DNA of 64,000 nucleotides from Patescibacteria group bacterium (GTDB lineage Bacteria; Patescibacteriota; Minisyncoccia; UBA6257; 2-01-FULL-56-20): NCBI GenBank assembly GCA_038063755.1, contig JBBTUL010000006.1, positions 26,910 to 90,909 of the forward strand, read 5' to 3'. Shown piece by piece: positions 9,049 to 18,794 of this stretch (position 1 is its first letter; each line of letters starts with the position of its first letter). The notes under the pieces were generated by a model. It saw only the letters and a program-made list of their open reading frames with translations, ran no database searches and was not told where the DNA came from. The position numbers and the translations under genes were made by a program.

Positions 9049-9979
9049 GAACGATTATGAGAATCGGGCGCGACCTTTTCTGGAGCAGTGAAATAAGATT
9101 ACCACTTGAATCGGGTCTGTAGCCAGTCTTCCCGCCAAGAAAACCTGTCTCCCCCGCAAACTCATTTGTATTCGAAAAAACATACCACACACCGGACCCA
9201 CGTTCTAAAATCGACACTGATTTGCTTTTTGTTGTCCGAAATATTTCTGGGTATTTCGCATTTATATGTCGGGTAAGGGCTTTGAGGTCGGTTGCCGTTG
9301 ACTGATTGGCCGAAGATATCCCTGCTGGATCTTCGAAATACGTATTCTGCAAGCCCCATTCACGAGCCCTCTCGTTCATCGCATCCATAAAGCCATCCCG
9401 CCCAAACTTTCTCGCCAAAGCCTCTGCGGCCTCGTTACTCGAAGAAACAAGCAGTAGCGAAATAAGATCGCGAATCGAGAACATCTGTCCTGGCTCAATG
9501 CTTTTTGTAAAAGAATTCGGCAACGATCGAAAATCTGATCTATCGAGTGCCACAACCTCGTCCAAGCGAAGGCCTGAAAGCGAAATGACAGCCGTCATAA
9601 GTTTCGTAAGTGAGGCCATGGGCCACCTGGAATCAGGCTTCAGTTCGTAAAATACCTCTCCGCTTTCGAGATCTGCGACAAGTGCCGACTGAAGCTGGAG
9701 TTCGGGAGCTTCGGTATTTTTAAATCGTTTAAACGGAAGCGAGTGTCTTTCCTCGCTTTTGAGCAGCGGAGAAGTCGATAATGCGCTCTTCTCCGAAACA
9801 ACAACCGCGCCACTCAAGGACGCAAGGACATCCGACGGATCTAAAACATACGGCGGCATCTCATTCGCCTTGACCACAACATCGCTTTTTACGCTAGAAG
9901 CATTGTCAACCCGCATACCGAAAACAACCATAAGCATAACAACCCCCAAAATCAAAAACTTCTCAGTTTGGCTCGTCAT
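8972..9979 (-). CDS. D-alanyl-D-alanine carboxypeptidase (PBP5/6-type serine peptidase)
   Basis: Signal anchor, then the SxxK (SLTKLMTA), SxN (SSSNEAAEAL) and KTG (GGKTGY) motifs. Confidence 0.75.
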   Translation of the reverse strand: MTSQTEKFLILGVVMLMVVFGMRVDNASSVKSDVVVKANEMPPYVLDPSDVLASLSGAVVVSEKSALSTSPLLKSEERHSLPFKRFKNTEAPELQLQSALVADLESGEVFYELKPDSRWPMASLTKLMTAVISLSGLRLDEVVALDRSDFRSLPNSFTKSIEPGQMFSIRDLISLLLVSSSNEAAEALARKFGRDGFMDAMNERAREWGLQNTYFEDPAGISSANQSTATDLKALTRHINAKYPEIFRTTKSKSVSILERGSGVWYVFSNTNEFAGETGFLGGKTGYRPDSSGNLISLLQKRSRPILIIVLGTEDRFGATKALWNWFINDFTSGN

Positions 9980-10623
9980 GAAGATGCTGGAGTCGGCACC
10001 TCCGCGCTTCCTTCCGGCGCTTTAGGAACTTCTTCACTCGGTCGCTCTTCGAAATTCGAAAGCGATTTGAATGTCGCAAATTCAGGGAGTTCCTCTGAAC
10101 TTGAAATTCCGAGCTGTTTTATGAAATCAAGTGTCGCTCGATACAAAAATGATCCAGGCCGCTCCGGATCTGGAACGCGCTCAATAAGGCCCCTGAGGAG
10201 TAGGTTACGGAGAATAAAGCTCGAATTCACGCCTCGCAAGTACTCAAGACGACTACGAGTGATTGGCCCAAGATACGCGATAAGCGAAAGCGTCTCAAGG
10301 CTTGCAGGAGTCAAATCTTCACGAAGCTCCTCCTTCACGAAGCTTTCGAGAATCCTCCCGAACTCCGGCTTTGTTGCAAGTTGCACCTTTCTGTCGCCCC
10401 ACGAATTGTTCTGAAAAATATCCTGAAGCGAACCGTCGACAATAAGTGCAAGCCCTCTTCCGCTTGCCTCGATATCTGCGTCGAGAGATAGGAGCGCGGC
10501 AGCAAGCTCATCTTTTTCAACGCCCAAAACAGCCGCGATCTTTTTCATGGTAAGCGGCTCGCCGTGAATAAAAAGAAGCGCCTCAAGGGCAGCCTTTTTT
10601 TCGCTGAATGCTTCGTCTGTCAT
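9976..10623 (-). CDS. scpB: segregation and condensation protein B
   Basis: ALEALLFIHGEPLTMKKIAAVLGVEKDELAAALLSLDADIEASGRGL, the two winged helices of ScpB. Overlaps scpA by 4 nt. Confidence 0.85.
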   Translation of the reverse strand: MTDEAFSEKKAALEALLFIHGEPLTMKKIAAVLGVEKDELAAALLSLDADIEASGRGLALIVDGSLQDIFQNNSWGDRKVQLATKPEFGRILESFVKEELREDLTPASLETLSLIAYLGPITRSRLEYLRGVNSSFILRNLLLRGLIERVPDPERPGSFLYRATLDFIKQLGISSSEELPEFATFKSLSNFEERPSEEVPKAPEGSAEVPTPASS

Positions 10624-11357
10624 TCTAGGATGTCGGAGTTCGACTTTCGCTTGATGATTATATCAGAAAACTGTCCGATCTGCTCAAGTACGATAAGCTG
10701 CTCTCGGGCAAGATGCAGTACGGCAAGAAAAATCGCGATCATTTCCGAACGCGACTTGGTAGAAGAAAGCGCGTGCATGGTCGTCTGCTCTACTTCGTGC
10801 ATGCGGCGGGAAATTTCTGCCATTTTCTCCTCAAGAGAAATGATGGTGGACTCCACGGTCTCGGTCTCGAGCACGAACTTTTGCAGGCTTCCGTGGATGA
10901 GACGCACCGCTTCAAGCATCGTCTCCAGAGTCACGTTCGACGCCGGATAAAAAACCGGAGGCGTGCTTGAGATGTGCATGAAATATGGCCTGCTATAGGC
11001 GTGAAACCCCTTTTTCCAGAGCTTATCAATATGCTTCTCTCCGGACTTAAGGCCCTTATAGATACGCAATCTTCGTTCGAGATCTTTAATATCTGCCTCT
11101 TCATCTTGAGTTAACGGAAACTCGGGAAGAAGTGACTTGGATTTTATAAGGACAAGCCGGCTCGCGACAACCAAAAAATCCGCCAAAAGCGCGGCGGAAA
11201 CCTCGGATACCTTCTCAAGATATGCCAGAAAATCGTCGGTTACTTTTGCGAGGCTGATCTCCGTGATTTCAAGCTTTTTCCCCTCGATGAGCTCAAGAAG
11301 CTTGTCGAGCGGTCCTTGGAATTTGTCGAGAGAAAGTTCGTAGTCTTGCGTCACCAC
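10620..11357 (-). CDS. scpA: segregation and condensation protein A
   Basis: YELSLDKFQGPLDKLLELIEGKKLEITEISLAKVTDDFLAYL is typical of ScpA/kleisin. Confidence 0.85.
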   Translation of the reverse strand: MVTQDYELSLDKFQGPLDKLLELIEGKKLEITEISLAKVTDDFLAYLEKVSEVSAALLADFLVVASRLVLIKSKSLLPEFPLTQDEEADIKDLERRLRIYKGLKSGEKHIDKLWKKGFHAYSRPYFMHISSTPPVFYPASNVTLETMLEAVRLIHGSLQKFVLETETVESTIISLEEKMAEISRRMHEVEQTTMHALSSTKSRSEMIAIFLAVLHLAREQLIVLEQIGQFSDIIIKRKSNSDILE

Positions 11358-11382
11358 ATCATCATATCAGAGAATTCCAATG

Positions 11383-11404
11383 AAAAAAGCCCCGGAGGGC
11401 TTAG
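11383..11404 (-). terminator. intrinsic terminator after the 11407-11835 gene
   Basis: Minus strand: AAGCCC-tccg-GGGCTT hairpin followed by TTTTTT. Confidence 0.5.
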
Positions 11405-11406
11405 GA

Positions 11407-11835
11407 TTACGCTTTCCCAAAAGGACGGACAACCGACCACCGAATCCCTCGAAGGATTTTAAATAATAGAAACCAGAAAACATTGATCGCTCGATTTAAA
11501 AGAATCGAGAAAAAGAAAAGGAAAATCACGACCAGGAACCATGCCGCCCGAAGAGGAAGAGTTGCTCCCATGAAAATCGCATACTCTCCCAGGGAAAAAC
11601 TGAATCCCAATTTTGGAAAAAGGACATCCCCTTCAAGTCCAAGCTTGGGCCAAATCTCATCGAATTCATCGAGGCTATGCGCGAAGCAGAAAAACGGCCA
11701 GAGAAAAAAGGTTACGGAGGCTGCAAGGTCTCTTTCCTGATGTAAACAAAGCGCTCTCTTTGCAAGGCGGTACGAGAGTACCGCATAACCGTAAGCAAAA
11801 AGTGTAAGAAGCACGAAAAGCATTACTTTCGTCAT
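11407..11835 (-). CDS. hypothetical polytopic membrane protein
   Basis: 142 aa with four hydrophobic segments; no recognisable motif. Confidence 0.35.
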   Translation of the reverse strand: MTKVMLFVLLTLFAYGYAVLSYRLAKRALCLHQERDLAASVTFFLWPFFCFAHSLDEFDEIWPKLGLEGDVLFPKLGFSFSLGEYAIFMGATLPLRAAWFLVVIFLFFFSILLNRAINVFWFLLFKILRGIRWSVVRPFGKA

Positions 11836-11904
11836 GTCGCTTCCTCTCGTTTTGGTTGGAATGCTGCCCCCAACGTATCATCCTGCCGCCACTTCGTCAA
11901 GGAT

Positions 11905-13167
11905 CTATTCCGCCAAGAGCGCAGATTCGGTATAGGTGTTTGCTGGATCCCAAATCGCCCACCCGCCGTAAGCATCGGAGCTTGATGCCATATTCAAGCT
12001 ATCATATGTCGCCTGAAACTCTTTTTTTATCATTCCAGCGGTATAGGTCGCTCCCAGATCAAAATCCTGTATCCACGGGCGAAGCTTCCCGACTTTCCCC
12101 TGCGGAATTCCCGGCGTAGAGCTCGTTCCTCGAATAAGTATGTCTCGCCTCTCACGCGCACGATCAAGCGAATACTTCATCACTTCGTACGGATACTGTC
12201 CTGGATTCGTATATCCAATGAATCCTGGAGCATAATGCGATGGATAGACCATTGGGTACACGTAATCGAAGTTTCTATATGCGTCTTCTATTATTTGTCC
12301 GATACCAAGATCATCACGATTCACCGTCGCAAGCCCGAAAAGATCGGCTGAAATCCTTGCTCCGGGAAGTTGTTCGCGCAGATATACGAAAAATTGCCGA
12401 ATAATTTTCGAGCGCGGAGTCTTTTCATCCCAAAACGGATACGATGCCTCTGAAAGCTTCCCGTCGGAAGGAAATCTGATGTAATCAAAGTTTACTTCGT
12501 CAAAACCCCGCGCAAGAGCGTCTTTCGCAATCGCGACATGATAATCCCACGTCGGCTTTCCCGCCGGATCCATCCATGCAAGTTGTTTGCGATCAACCCA
12601 AAGTTTTCCAGTTGCTTTGTTTTTGAGAGCCCACTCGGGGTGTGCCTTTGCAAAAATTGAATCTTGGAAAACGGTGACGCGCGCGATAACATAGATGCCG
12701 TTGTCATGAAGCATTTTGATAAGCTCGTTCGGACGAGCAATACGCGGCTCTCTATCCGATTTCGCCTCGCGCACCTCGCGCACATCGGTAACGTATGAGA
12801 CATAACCGGAATAATCCTTCACATCAACAACAACCGCATTCAGCTCTGTTCTCTTCACAAGATCAACCAGTGATTTTATCCGTGAAGGAGTTCCGGCAGA
12901 CCATGCTGAAATATAAATTGCCTTCGCAATTTCCGGAGGGTTTTTAAGCTGGGGCTGCAAAGCCGCATCGCCGCTTGTGGGCTTTGGCGTATCGGTTGCT
13001 TGTTTTGTGGTTGACGAAGACTTTTCGGCAGCCACTGGCACACTACTTGAGCTTGAAGCGGCTGGACCCGCCCCTGCTGGAGCGATGCTCACCTCAAGCG
13101 GACGAAAAAGAATAAAAATCCCATAGAAGGCAGCGAGTCCGAAGATTGAATAAAGCGTAAGGCGCAT
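11905..13167 (-). CDS. secreted glycoside-hydrolase-like TIM-barrel protein (GHL10/DUF4015-like), putative
   Basis: N-terminal signal anchor and an S/T/P-rich linker, then KAIYISAWSAGTPSRIKSLVDLVKRTELNAVVVDVKD..., as in hypothetical glycosyl hydrolase-like family proteins. Confidence 0.4.
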   Translation of the reverse strand: MRLTLYSIFGLAAFYGIFILFRPLEVSIAPAGAGPAASSSSSVPVAAEKSSSTTKQATDTPKPTSGDAALQPQLKNPPEIAKAIYISAWSAGTPSRIKSLVDLVKRTELNAVVVDVKDYSGYVSYVTDVREVREAKSDREPRIARPNELIKMLHDNGIYVIARVTVFQDSIFAKAHPEWALKNKATGKLWVDRKQLAWMDPAGKPTWDYHVAIAKDALARGFDEVNFDYIRFPSDGKLSEASYPFWDEKTPRSKIIRQFFVYLREQLPGARISADLFGLATVNRDDLGIGQIIEDAYRNFDYVYPMVYPSHYAPGFIGYTNPGQYPYEVMKYSLDRARERRDILIRGTSSTPGIPQGKVGKLRPWIQDFDLGATYTAGMIKKEFQATYDSLNMASSSDAYGGWAIWDPANTYTESALLAE

Positions 13168-13219
13168 TTCCTCTTATAGTAAAAGATTTATCGCCCCAGG
13201 ACAATTTACCGACTCTCGT

Positions 13220-14362
13220 TTGAAGCCGCGAAGAAAATCGCCTATGATTGAGTCTATGGTGCTCGCCCTCTATCGAAAATATCGACCCAAGAAACTCAAC
13301 GACCTCTTGGGACAGGATGCAAGTATTGAAATCCTCCAAAACGCCGCAAAGCTTGATCGGCTTGGACAGGCATACTTATTCTACGGTCCTCGAGGCACCG
13401 GAAAAACATCGAGCGCACGCCTCGTCGCCAAACTTTTAAACTGCGAAAAGCGCCACGTTGACGAAAATTTTAGATCCTTAGGAGAGCCCTGCAATGAATG
13501 CCGATCGTGTCGGGAAATAGAAACAGCAAATTCGCTTGATGTTATTGAGATAGACGCCGCGTCGAATCGAGGAATCGAGGAAATCAGAAATTTAAAAGAG
13601 AATATAAAGTCTGCGCCGGCCGGAAGTAAATACAAAGTTTACATCATCGACGAAGCACATATGTTAACCGGCCCAGCCTTTAACGCGCTTCTGAAGACTC
13701 TTGAAGAACCGCCGAGACATGCCGCCTTTATTCTTGCGACTACGGAATACGAAAAGCTTCCCGCGACTATCACTTCTCGGACACAAAGATTTTTGATGAA
13801 AAAGATCGCGAAAGCGAAAATAGTGGAGAAGCTTTCTATGATAGCGAAGGTTGAAAAAATAAGTATCACTCCCGAAGCGCTCGAGCTCATTGCCTCCGCC
13901 GGCGAGGGCAGCTTGCGCGACGCGGAATCCCTCCTCGATCAATTAAGTTCGCTTGAAAAAAAGATAGATCTCGATGCGGCAGAAAAGCTTCTGGGGCGCG
14001 TCGGATTGAAAAAAGTAGAAGAGCTTGCGGCGTATATCGTCCACAAAGATACGAAAGGTGCACTTTCGCATCTTATTTCCGTAAGCGAGGAAGGACATAA
14101 CCTCGTGCAACTCACCAAAGACCTCATCCATTATCTAAGAAAGACGCTTACGATCAAGCTCGATCCCGAGCTCGAACGCACCCTCGAGCTCGAACTTACG
14201 AAAGACGAGATCGCACGAATGAAAAAAATTGCCGAAAAAGCAGACGAAAAATTCCTGGTCATTATAATCCGGTCTCTTATCCGCGCTTACAGCGAAATGC
14301 GCTACAGTCCGTTCGCAATGGTCCCGCTCGAAATTGCGCTCGTTGAGGAGCTCTCGAAGTAG
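13220..14362 (+). CDS. dnaX: DNA polymerase III subunit gamma/tau (short form)
   Basis: LYRKYRPKKLNDLLGQD...YLFYGPRGTGKTSSARLVAKLLNCE...CNECRSC (Zn module)...IIDEAHML...ILATTE. Confidence 0.85.
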   Translation: MKPRRKSPMIESMVLALYRKYRPKKLNDLLGQDASIEILQNAAKLDRLGQAYLFYGPRGTGKTSSARLVAKLLNCEKRHVDENFRSLGEPCNECRSCREIETANSLDVIEIDAASNRGIEEIRNLKENIKSAPAGSKYKVYIIDEAHMLTGPAFNALLKTLEEPPRHAAFILATTEYEKLPATITSRTQRFLMKKIAKAKIVEKLSMIAKVEKISITPEALELIASAGEGSLRDAESLLDQLSSLEKKIDLDAAEKLLGRVGLKKVEELAAYIVHKDTKGALSHLISVSEEGHNLVQLTKDLIHYLRKTLTIKLDPELERTLELELTKDEIARMKKIAEKADEKFLVIIIRSLIRAYSEMRYSPFAMVPLEIALVEELSK

Positions 14363-14522
14363 CGCTCCGCACGCTGGCGCTGTTCGGAAACCGTAGTCAA
14401 GCCTCGCCTTGACCATGGATTCAGCCACAGGCATGTTCTGACTTAGGCCTTTCGGCTAGGAAGAACATGCCTAGTTGAATCCTTTCTCGCTGAGACTGAA
14501 GGGTTTTCCCACGCTCTGTTTT

Positions 14523-14996
14523 TTATCTCGTAACGGAAATCGTCTGATTAAGTTCCGCCGAAGGAGCCGAGACCGTAATCTGTCCGGTCGAGGCATTTCT
14601 TAATATGTTATAGCCCGAATCATAATCAGTGGTACTTGAAAAGTGCGCACCGGTGGCAGAAGGATCGAATGGCATCGTGGGAACATAGGTCGGTATAAGA
14701 CACGGCGCGATGTTGTAACTCGAAACTGCCATCTTCGTTGATGTCGTAGGAATCGCCCCCGCAGAACACGTAAACGCTCCACCACTCGTATCCGCCATTT
14801 TTTGGCGAATGCCATTCATGACAGCTTGTAGATGGAACTGCCTCTGTGAATTCCTGGCCTTGGCAAGCTGTCCGCCAGGGTTTCCGGCGATAAGACCAAT
14901 CCCAACAACAACCGTTATGAGCGCTACCGATATGACAATCTCGATGAGGGTAAGGCCTTTTCGCATAAACTTATTGTATCTCATCCCAAGAAACAA
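14523..14996 (-). CDS. type IV pilin / pseudopilin (prepilin with class III signal)
   Basis: MRKGLTLIEIVISVALITVVVGIGLIA: the prepilin peptidase site G|LTLIE and the hydrophobic alpha1 helix. Confidence 0.7.
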   Translation of the reverse strand: MFLGMRYNKFMRKGLTLIEIVISVALITVVVGIGLIAGNPGGQLAKARNSQRQFHLQAVMNGIRQKMADTSGGAFTCSAGAIPTTSTKMAVSSYNIAPCLIPTYVPTMPFDPSATGAHFSSTTDYDSGYNILRNASTGQITVSAPSAELNQTISVTR

Positions 14997-16410
14997 GGGT
15001 GTATTGGTCGGTTATAAGTGGGAATCCAGGAGGAGGGGCGTAGAGGAGGTTTGTGTCATAAATGATTTCTCTTTCTTGATATCCGGTCGCATCCGTGTAG
15101 CCAAACCCGTATCGCTGGTTGCTTGCAAGCATGCCGTAGAGCGTAATTTTTTGCCGGATAACGGTTGGTCCGCAGCGATTATTATTCGACTGGTCGTTTG
15201 GGGGCTGATAATAAAATCTGCCAACCCTTCCGTTTTGCGCGACGAGCGCGGCGTCAATACGAAGAATATCATTGCTTAAAAGCCCGACGGTAATGTCTTT
15301 CTGGGCGATAAGCGCGATTGCATCTTTCCCGTCATAATCCGTGTACCGTATATTTTCGTTTATTATGATGCTCGTCCGCGTTGCGACGCTATCGGGGAAC
15401 TTCCCCGAACCAACGGAGAGGCGCGTGCTTGAAACCTGCCCCCGAACCCAAAGGTTGTCTTCGAAAAACATTTTTCCGTTCGCAGGGACGGTGCCGCTTG
15501 CAACGAACGTCTCTGACTGAATGCTCCACGTTCCCCATCCATCCTGATTCGAGGTGTTTGTGCATCCGTTCGGAGGAGAAGTCACCGCCGTCACTTTGTA
15601 GACGTTGTACGATCCGGAAGCAAGAAGCTCAAGGTCATACCCCTGCGCCCCGGAACTCGTCGCGTAATACCCTCCGCTCTGCGCATCAGCCTTTATGGTC
15701 GCAAGGTCTTGAGTAATGCCCACAAAATCAAGCGCAGGAACCGGAAACACTCTCCCTGCCATAAAAATATCCGATCGTAGAGGAACAGCCGACGGCGGCA
15801 AAGGATCGATAGTCCCTGTATGAGTATGAACACCGAACTCGTTCTGTCCCCCGTGATCAGGATCATCGTATGAGCCAACTGCGCTCTGCACGATATTGTG
15901 CGCAAGACCGTCGAATCTGATGCCGCCGTTCGACATGATCTCCCCGAATACCTCCGTCCCTGCGCCAAATCGGACGGCCCCGTTCATCGCAAGGGCATAT
16001 CGCGAAAGCGACGAAACAGCAAGTCTCACCTGAATAATTTTCTGTATACTCGAATCCGCATCAACCCTTCCGATACTTCGAACAATCACAACCGTTGATC
16101 CGGCAGGTGGAGGGGTTATCTCAAGTTCAAATTCTCCTATCCGAGTCCCGTTTTTATCGTAAAAAGGATGGACATACGGCCCGGACACTCCGGTGCCATC
16201 TTGAAAATCATCCGGATCGTGCGCGAGGTGCCATCTGTAATACTCTATCCCCGACTCTGCGATCGAAAAAGCCTGTGCACGGTTGAGAGATCGAACCGAA
16301 AGCTGAAGGAAAGAACCCGCGAGAAACACGAAACCGGAGATCAAAACCACCGTGAGCGCCGAGAAAATCACCATAGTCACCGAAAGTTGTCCGTCTCGTC
16401 GATTTATCAT
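14971..16410 (-). CDS. PilX_N-like pilus-associated large protein
   Basis: N-terminus RRDGQLSVTMVIFSALTVVLISGFVFLA resembles the PilX N-terminal domain; 479 aa, Gly/Thr-rich. It sits inside the pilus gene cluster. Confidence 0.4.
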   Translation of the reverse strand: MINRRDGQLSVTMVIFSALTVVLISGFVFLAGSFLQLSVRSLNRAQAFSIAESGIEYYRWHLAHDPDDFQDGTGVSGPYVHPFYDKNGTRIGEFELEITPPPAGSTVVIVRSIGRVDADSSIQKIIQVRLAVSSLSRYALAMNGAVRFGAGTEVFGEIMSNGGIRFDGLAHNIVQSAVGSYDDPDHGGQNEFGVHTHTGTIDPLPPSAVPLRSDIFMAGRVFPVPALDFVGITQDLATIKADAQSGGYYATSSGAQGYDLELLASGSYNVYKVTAVTSPPNGCTNTSNQDGWGTWSIQSETFVASGTVPANGKMFFEDNLWVRGQVSSTRLSVGSGKFPDSVATRTSIIINENIRYTDYDGKDAIALIAQKDITVGLLSNDILRIDAALVAQNGRVGRFYYQPPNDQSNNNRCGPTVIRQKITLYGMLASNQRYGFGYTDATGYQEREIIYDTNLLYAPPPGFPLITDQYTLVSWDEIQ

Positions 16411-16416
16411 GTCTCG

Positions 16417-17043
16417 TTAATTGCTACGAAGATTTCTGATGTTTATGGTGTTTGAGAAATATATCGGAACCGGAGCAAGTTTCGGGTTTACATCGACCGA
16501 AAGCGAAATTTTCACAATACGCACCTGAGTCGTATCGATGGGCAAAGGAAGGACTGGTTGGCTTCCGGTATAATTCGCGCCGTAGTACTGGAAGAATGGC
16601 GTTGATGTAGAAATAATGACGTTTGAAATAATCGTCGTGGTCGCTTCAGTAGAAGTCGCGTAAACAAGCGGATTCCCCGCCGGCTCAATTACTCCTTTCT
16701 GAATCGTAGTCGACGAAAGATAATAACGGACACGCTCGAAAACTCCATCCTTGTCGACATCGCTAAAAAACGTGATCGAGCTCGTGCTCGCGGTTTCGAT
16801 TGGATACGCCCCCAAGCTCGATGGTCCGGCAGACCGGAGTTCGGTAATCATGATCTGAAATTCCTGGTCAAGATCCTGACGGGATTGCAATTTCTGGTTC
16901 ACCAGGTTCTCAAGAATGTTCAGATTTCCCCGAAAACTCGAAACGGCAAAAAGCACGAGGGCGAAAATAGAAAGAACGATAACGACTTCGAATATCGAAA
17001 AGCCATCGCGACGGAAAATTGTATTTTTCTTTTTTGGTTTCAT
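16417..17043 (-). CDS. pseudopilin (prepilin-type N-terminal cleavage/methylation domain)
   Basis: RRDGFSIFEVVIVLSIFALVLFAV: the G|FSIFE prepilin motif. Confidence 0.6.
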   Translation of the reverse strand: MKPKKKNTIFRRDGFSIFEVVIVLSIFALVLFAVSSFRGNLNILENLVNQKLQSRQDLDQEFQIMITELRSAGPSSLGAYPIETASTSSITFFSDVDKDGVFERVRYYLSSTTIQKGVIEPAGNPLVYATSTEATTTIISNVIISTSTPFFQYYGANYTGSQPVLPLPIDTTQVRIVKISLSVDVNPKLAPVPIYFSNTINIRNLRSN

Positions 17044-18791
17044 GGCGAAAGCAAAACTTCGACCTGGGACACTGCTGGAATAGAAACGTCACTTGACGTT
17101 GCCGAGTATCCCGCCGCCGAGACAGAGAGCGTATATGTATCAGCTGCAAGACCGGAAAAAAGCACTTGACGGATGGGAACACACGCCCCGGTAAACGCGA
17201 TCATCACCTCTTCAATCCGAGGCGTGAAAGATCCGTCCGCGGTGCTTAAAAATGCCTTGAACCGGATGTACCGTTTTCCGTTTGTCACGCTGTGCGGCTC
17301 GAAATTCGCCGCAGTGTAATACGTTCCCGAAGTGCCATCGGTACCAGAAAAGTCCCACGTTGCGTTGTCGTTATTGCCCGCAAGCTGAAATCGAACGCTC
17401 TCCGCTCCTGTTTCTGCTGGAACGTCACCGTTCCAAAAGAAGTTTTTAAGCGTCGAAGCTGACCCTCCAAGATCAATTGTCTGCGAAATGAGCCACCCGG
17501 AACCTGCAGTGCTGTACGTTCCCGAAGCATTCGCAAGAAGCGTAATGGCTCCGGGGAGCGTTTCTGCATCAGTACCACTTAAGCTGTCATATGCTCCTCC
17601 GCTCCAATTTGTTCTCACGACGGATGCCTGACCGGATGTCGCAACGGACGAAAATCCTGGTCGAGAAAGGCTTATGTTTGCGTTTTGTATTCCCAACCCC
17701 GTTCCCGCGTCCTTCACTCCGACAAGAATTTTCTCCGGATTTGAGGGTGAGAGCACAAAACGGAAATCGACATTTGTCGCAGGATTTACCGAAACAGGAT
17801 TCTCTGCGATTACGCCTGATACATCATGCCCTCCAGAGGTAAGCCCAAGAGTGTATCTGTCCCATTCGAGGGTAGTGAATGTTTTCGCCCCGTTTGCATC
17901 TGTCACGGAAGTCGTTGAAAATTTTAAAACACTTGGGGTTCCGATAATTTTTTCACCGGCGATAGAAAAACTTTTGCCTGGAACAACGCTGCATAAATAG
18001 TCTGAAGTATACACATTCATCTGACTCGTTCTATCGATCGCAAAACTGATGCTCGTAACAGCTTGGGCAGCGACTGTCGCGTGCGGCATAATCGGATTCG
18101 GATTTGAAACTCCTCCAATCGGGTACGTCTTGTCCGAAGAGTACCCCGACTTCGTGACCTCGACACTATATGACTGACTGCTTGTGGGAACGCCCACAAG
18201 CTGGAGGATTCCTGCCGAATTTGTGATGTCGGTAAGGTCGATCGTAGGAGTCGTACTCGCATTTACAACGCGAACCGTCGCTCCTGAAATACCAAGTCCG
18301 GAGGAATCAAATACGTTTACGAAAAGCGACCCGGTCGAACTCGCCGTCTCGAGATTTTTAGGCGCGACATTTGTCGAGAAAAAAAGCGGCACGAACTTCG
18401 CGCAGTTGGCACAGCCGATTTCAAGCGAGACCAGCTTGTAGTCCGCGGGGGAAGTGTCCGATGGTGATCCGCCAAGCGTCCCGTCGAAAGGATCATCGAT
18501 GTTCCTGACCGTTGTTGTTACCGCAAACACTTGATTCCCCCACGAAACTAGTTGTGTCTGCAAAATGATCCCCGTAGGGATCCCACCTACGGTGCCAACT
18601 TCGCCGTACGGCAAGTTCCGAATGATTTCAATCTGTTGGTTTAGTACCGCTGTCGCCTCGGTACGAAGTTCAACATTCGATGTGGAATCAAGAATGGAAA
18701 AATAGACCAAATAAATTCCACCGAAAAGCAAGGCCAGAATGGCAAGTGCAATCAAAAGGTCTATAAGTGATGTTCCTTCTTTTCCGCGCAT
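17040..18791 (-). CDS. large pseudopilin-like protein (prepilin N-terminus plus 550-aa beta-rich domain)
   Basis: KEGTSLIDLLIALAILALLFGGIYLV prepilin motif, then a long Thr/Ser/Gly-rich domain. A candidate pilus tip or minor pilin. Confidence 0.5.
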   Translation of the reverse strand: MRGKEGTSLIDLLIALAILALLFGGIYLVYFSILDSTSNVELRTEATAVLNQQIEIIRNLPYGEVGTVGGIPTGIILQTQLVSWGNQVFAVTTTVRNIDDPFDGTLGGSPSDTSPADYKLVSLEIGCANCAKFVPLFFSTNVAPKNLETASSTGSLFVNVFDSSGLGISGATVRVVNASTTPTIDLTDITNSAGILQLVGVPTSSQSYSVEVTKSGYSSDKTYPIGGVSNPNPIMPHATVAAQAVTSISFAIDRTSQMNVYTSDYLCSVVPGKSFSIAGEKIIGTPSVLKFSTTSVTDANGAKTFTTLEWDRYTLGLTSGGHDVSGVIAENPVSVNPATNVDFRFVLSPSNPEKILVGVKDAGTGLGIQNANISLSRPGFSSVATSGQASVVRTNWSGGAYDSLSGTDAETLPGAITLLANASGTYSTAGSGWLISQTIDLGGSASTLKNFFWNGDVPAETGAESVRFQLAGNNDNATWDFSGTDGTSGTYYTAANFEPHSVTNGKRYIRFKAFLSTADGSFTPRIEEVMIAFTGACVPIRQVLFSGLAADTYTLSVSAAGYSATSSDVSIPAVSQVEVLLSP

Positions 18792-18794
18792 TCG

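Noticed and set aside
14363-14522. Assigning the structured dnaX-downstream region as SRP (4.5S) RNA
   Set aside because: The conserved domain IV motifs (GNRA tetraloop context, AGCAGC) are not present by eye, so it is kept as an unassigned candidate ncRNA.
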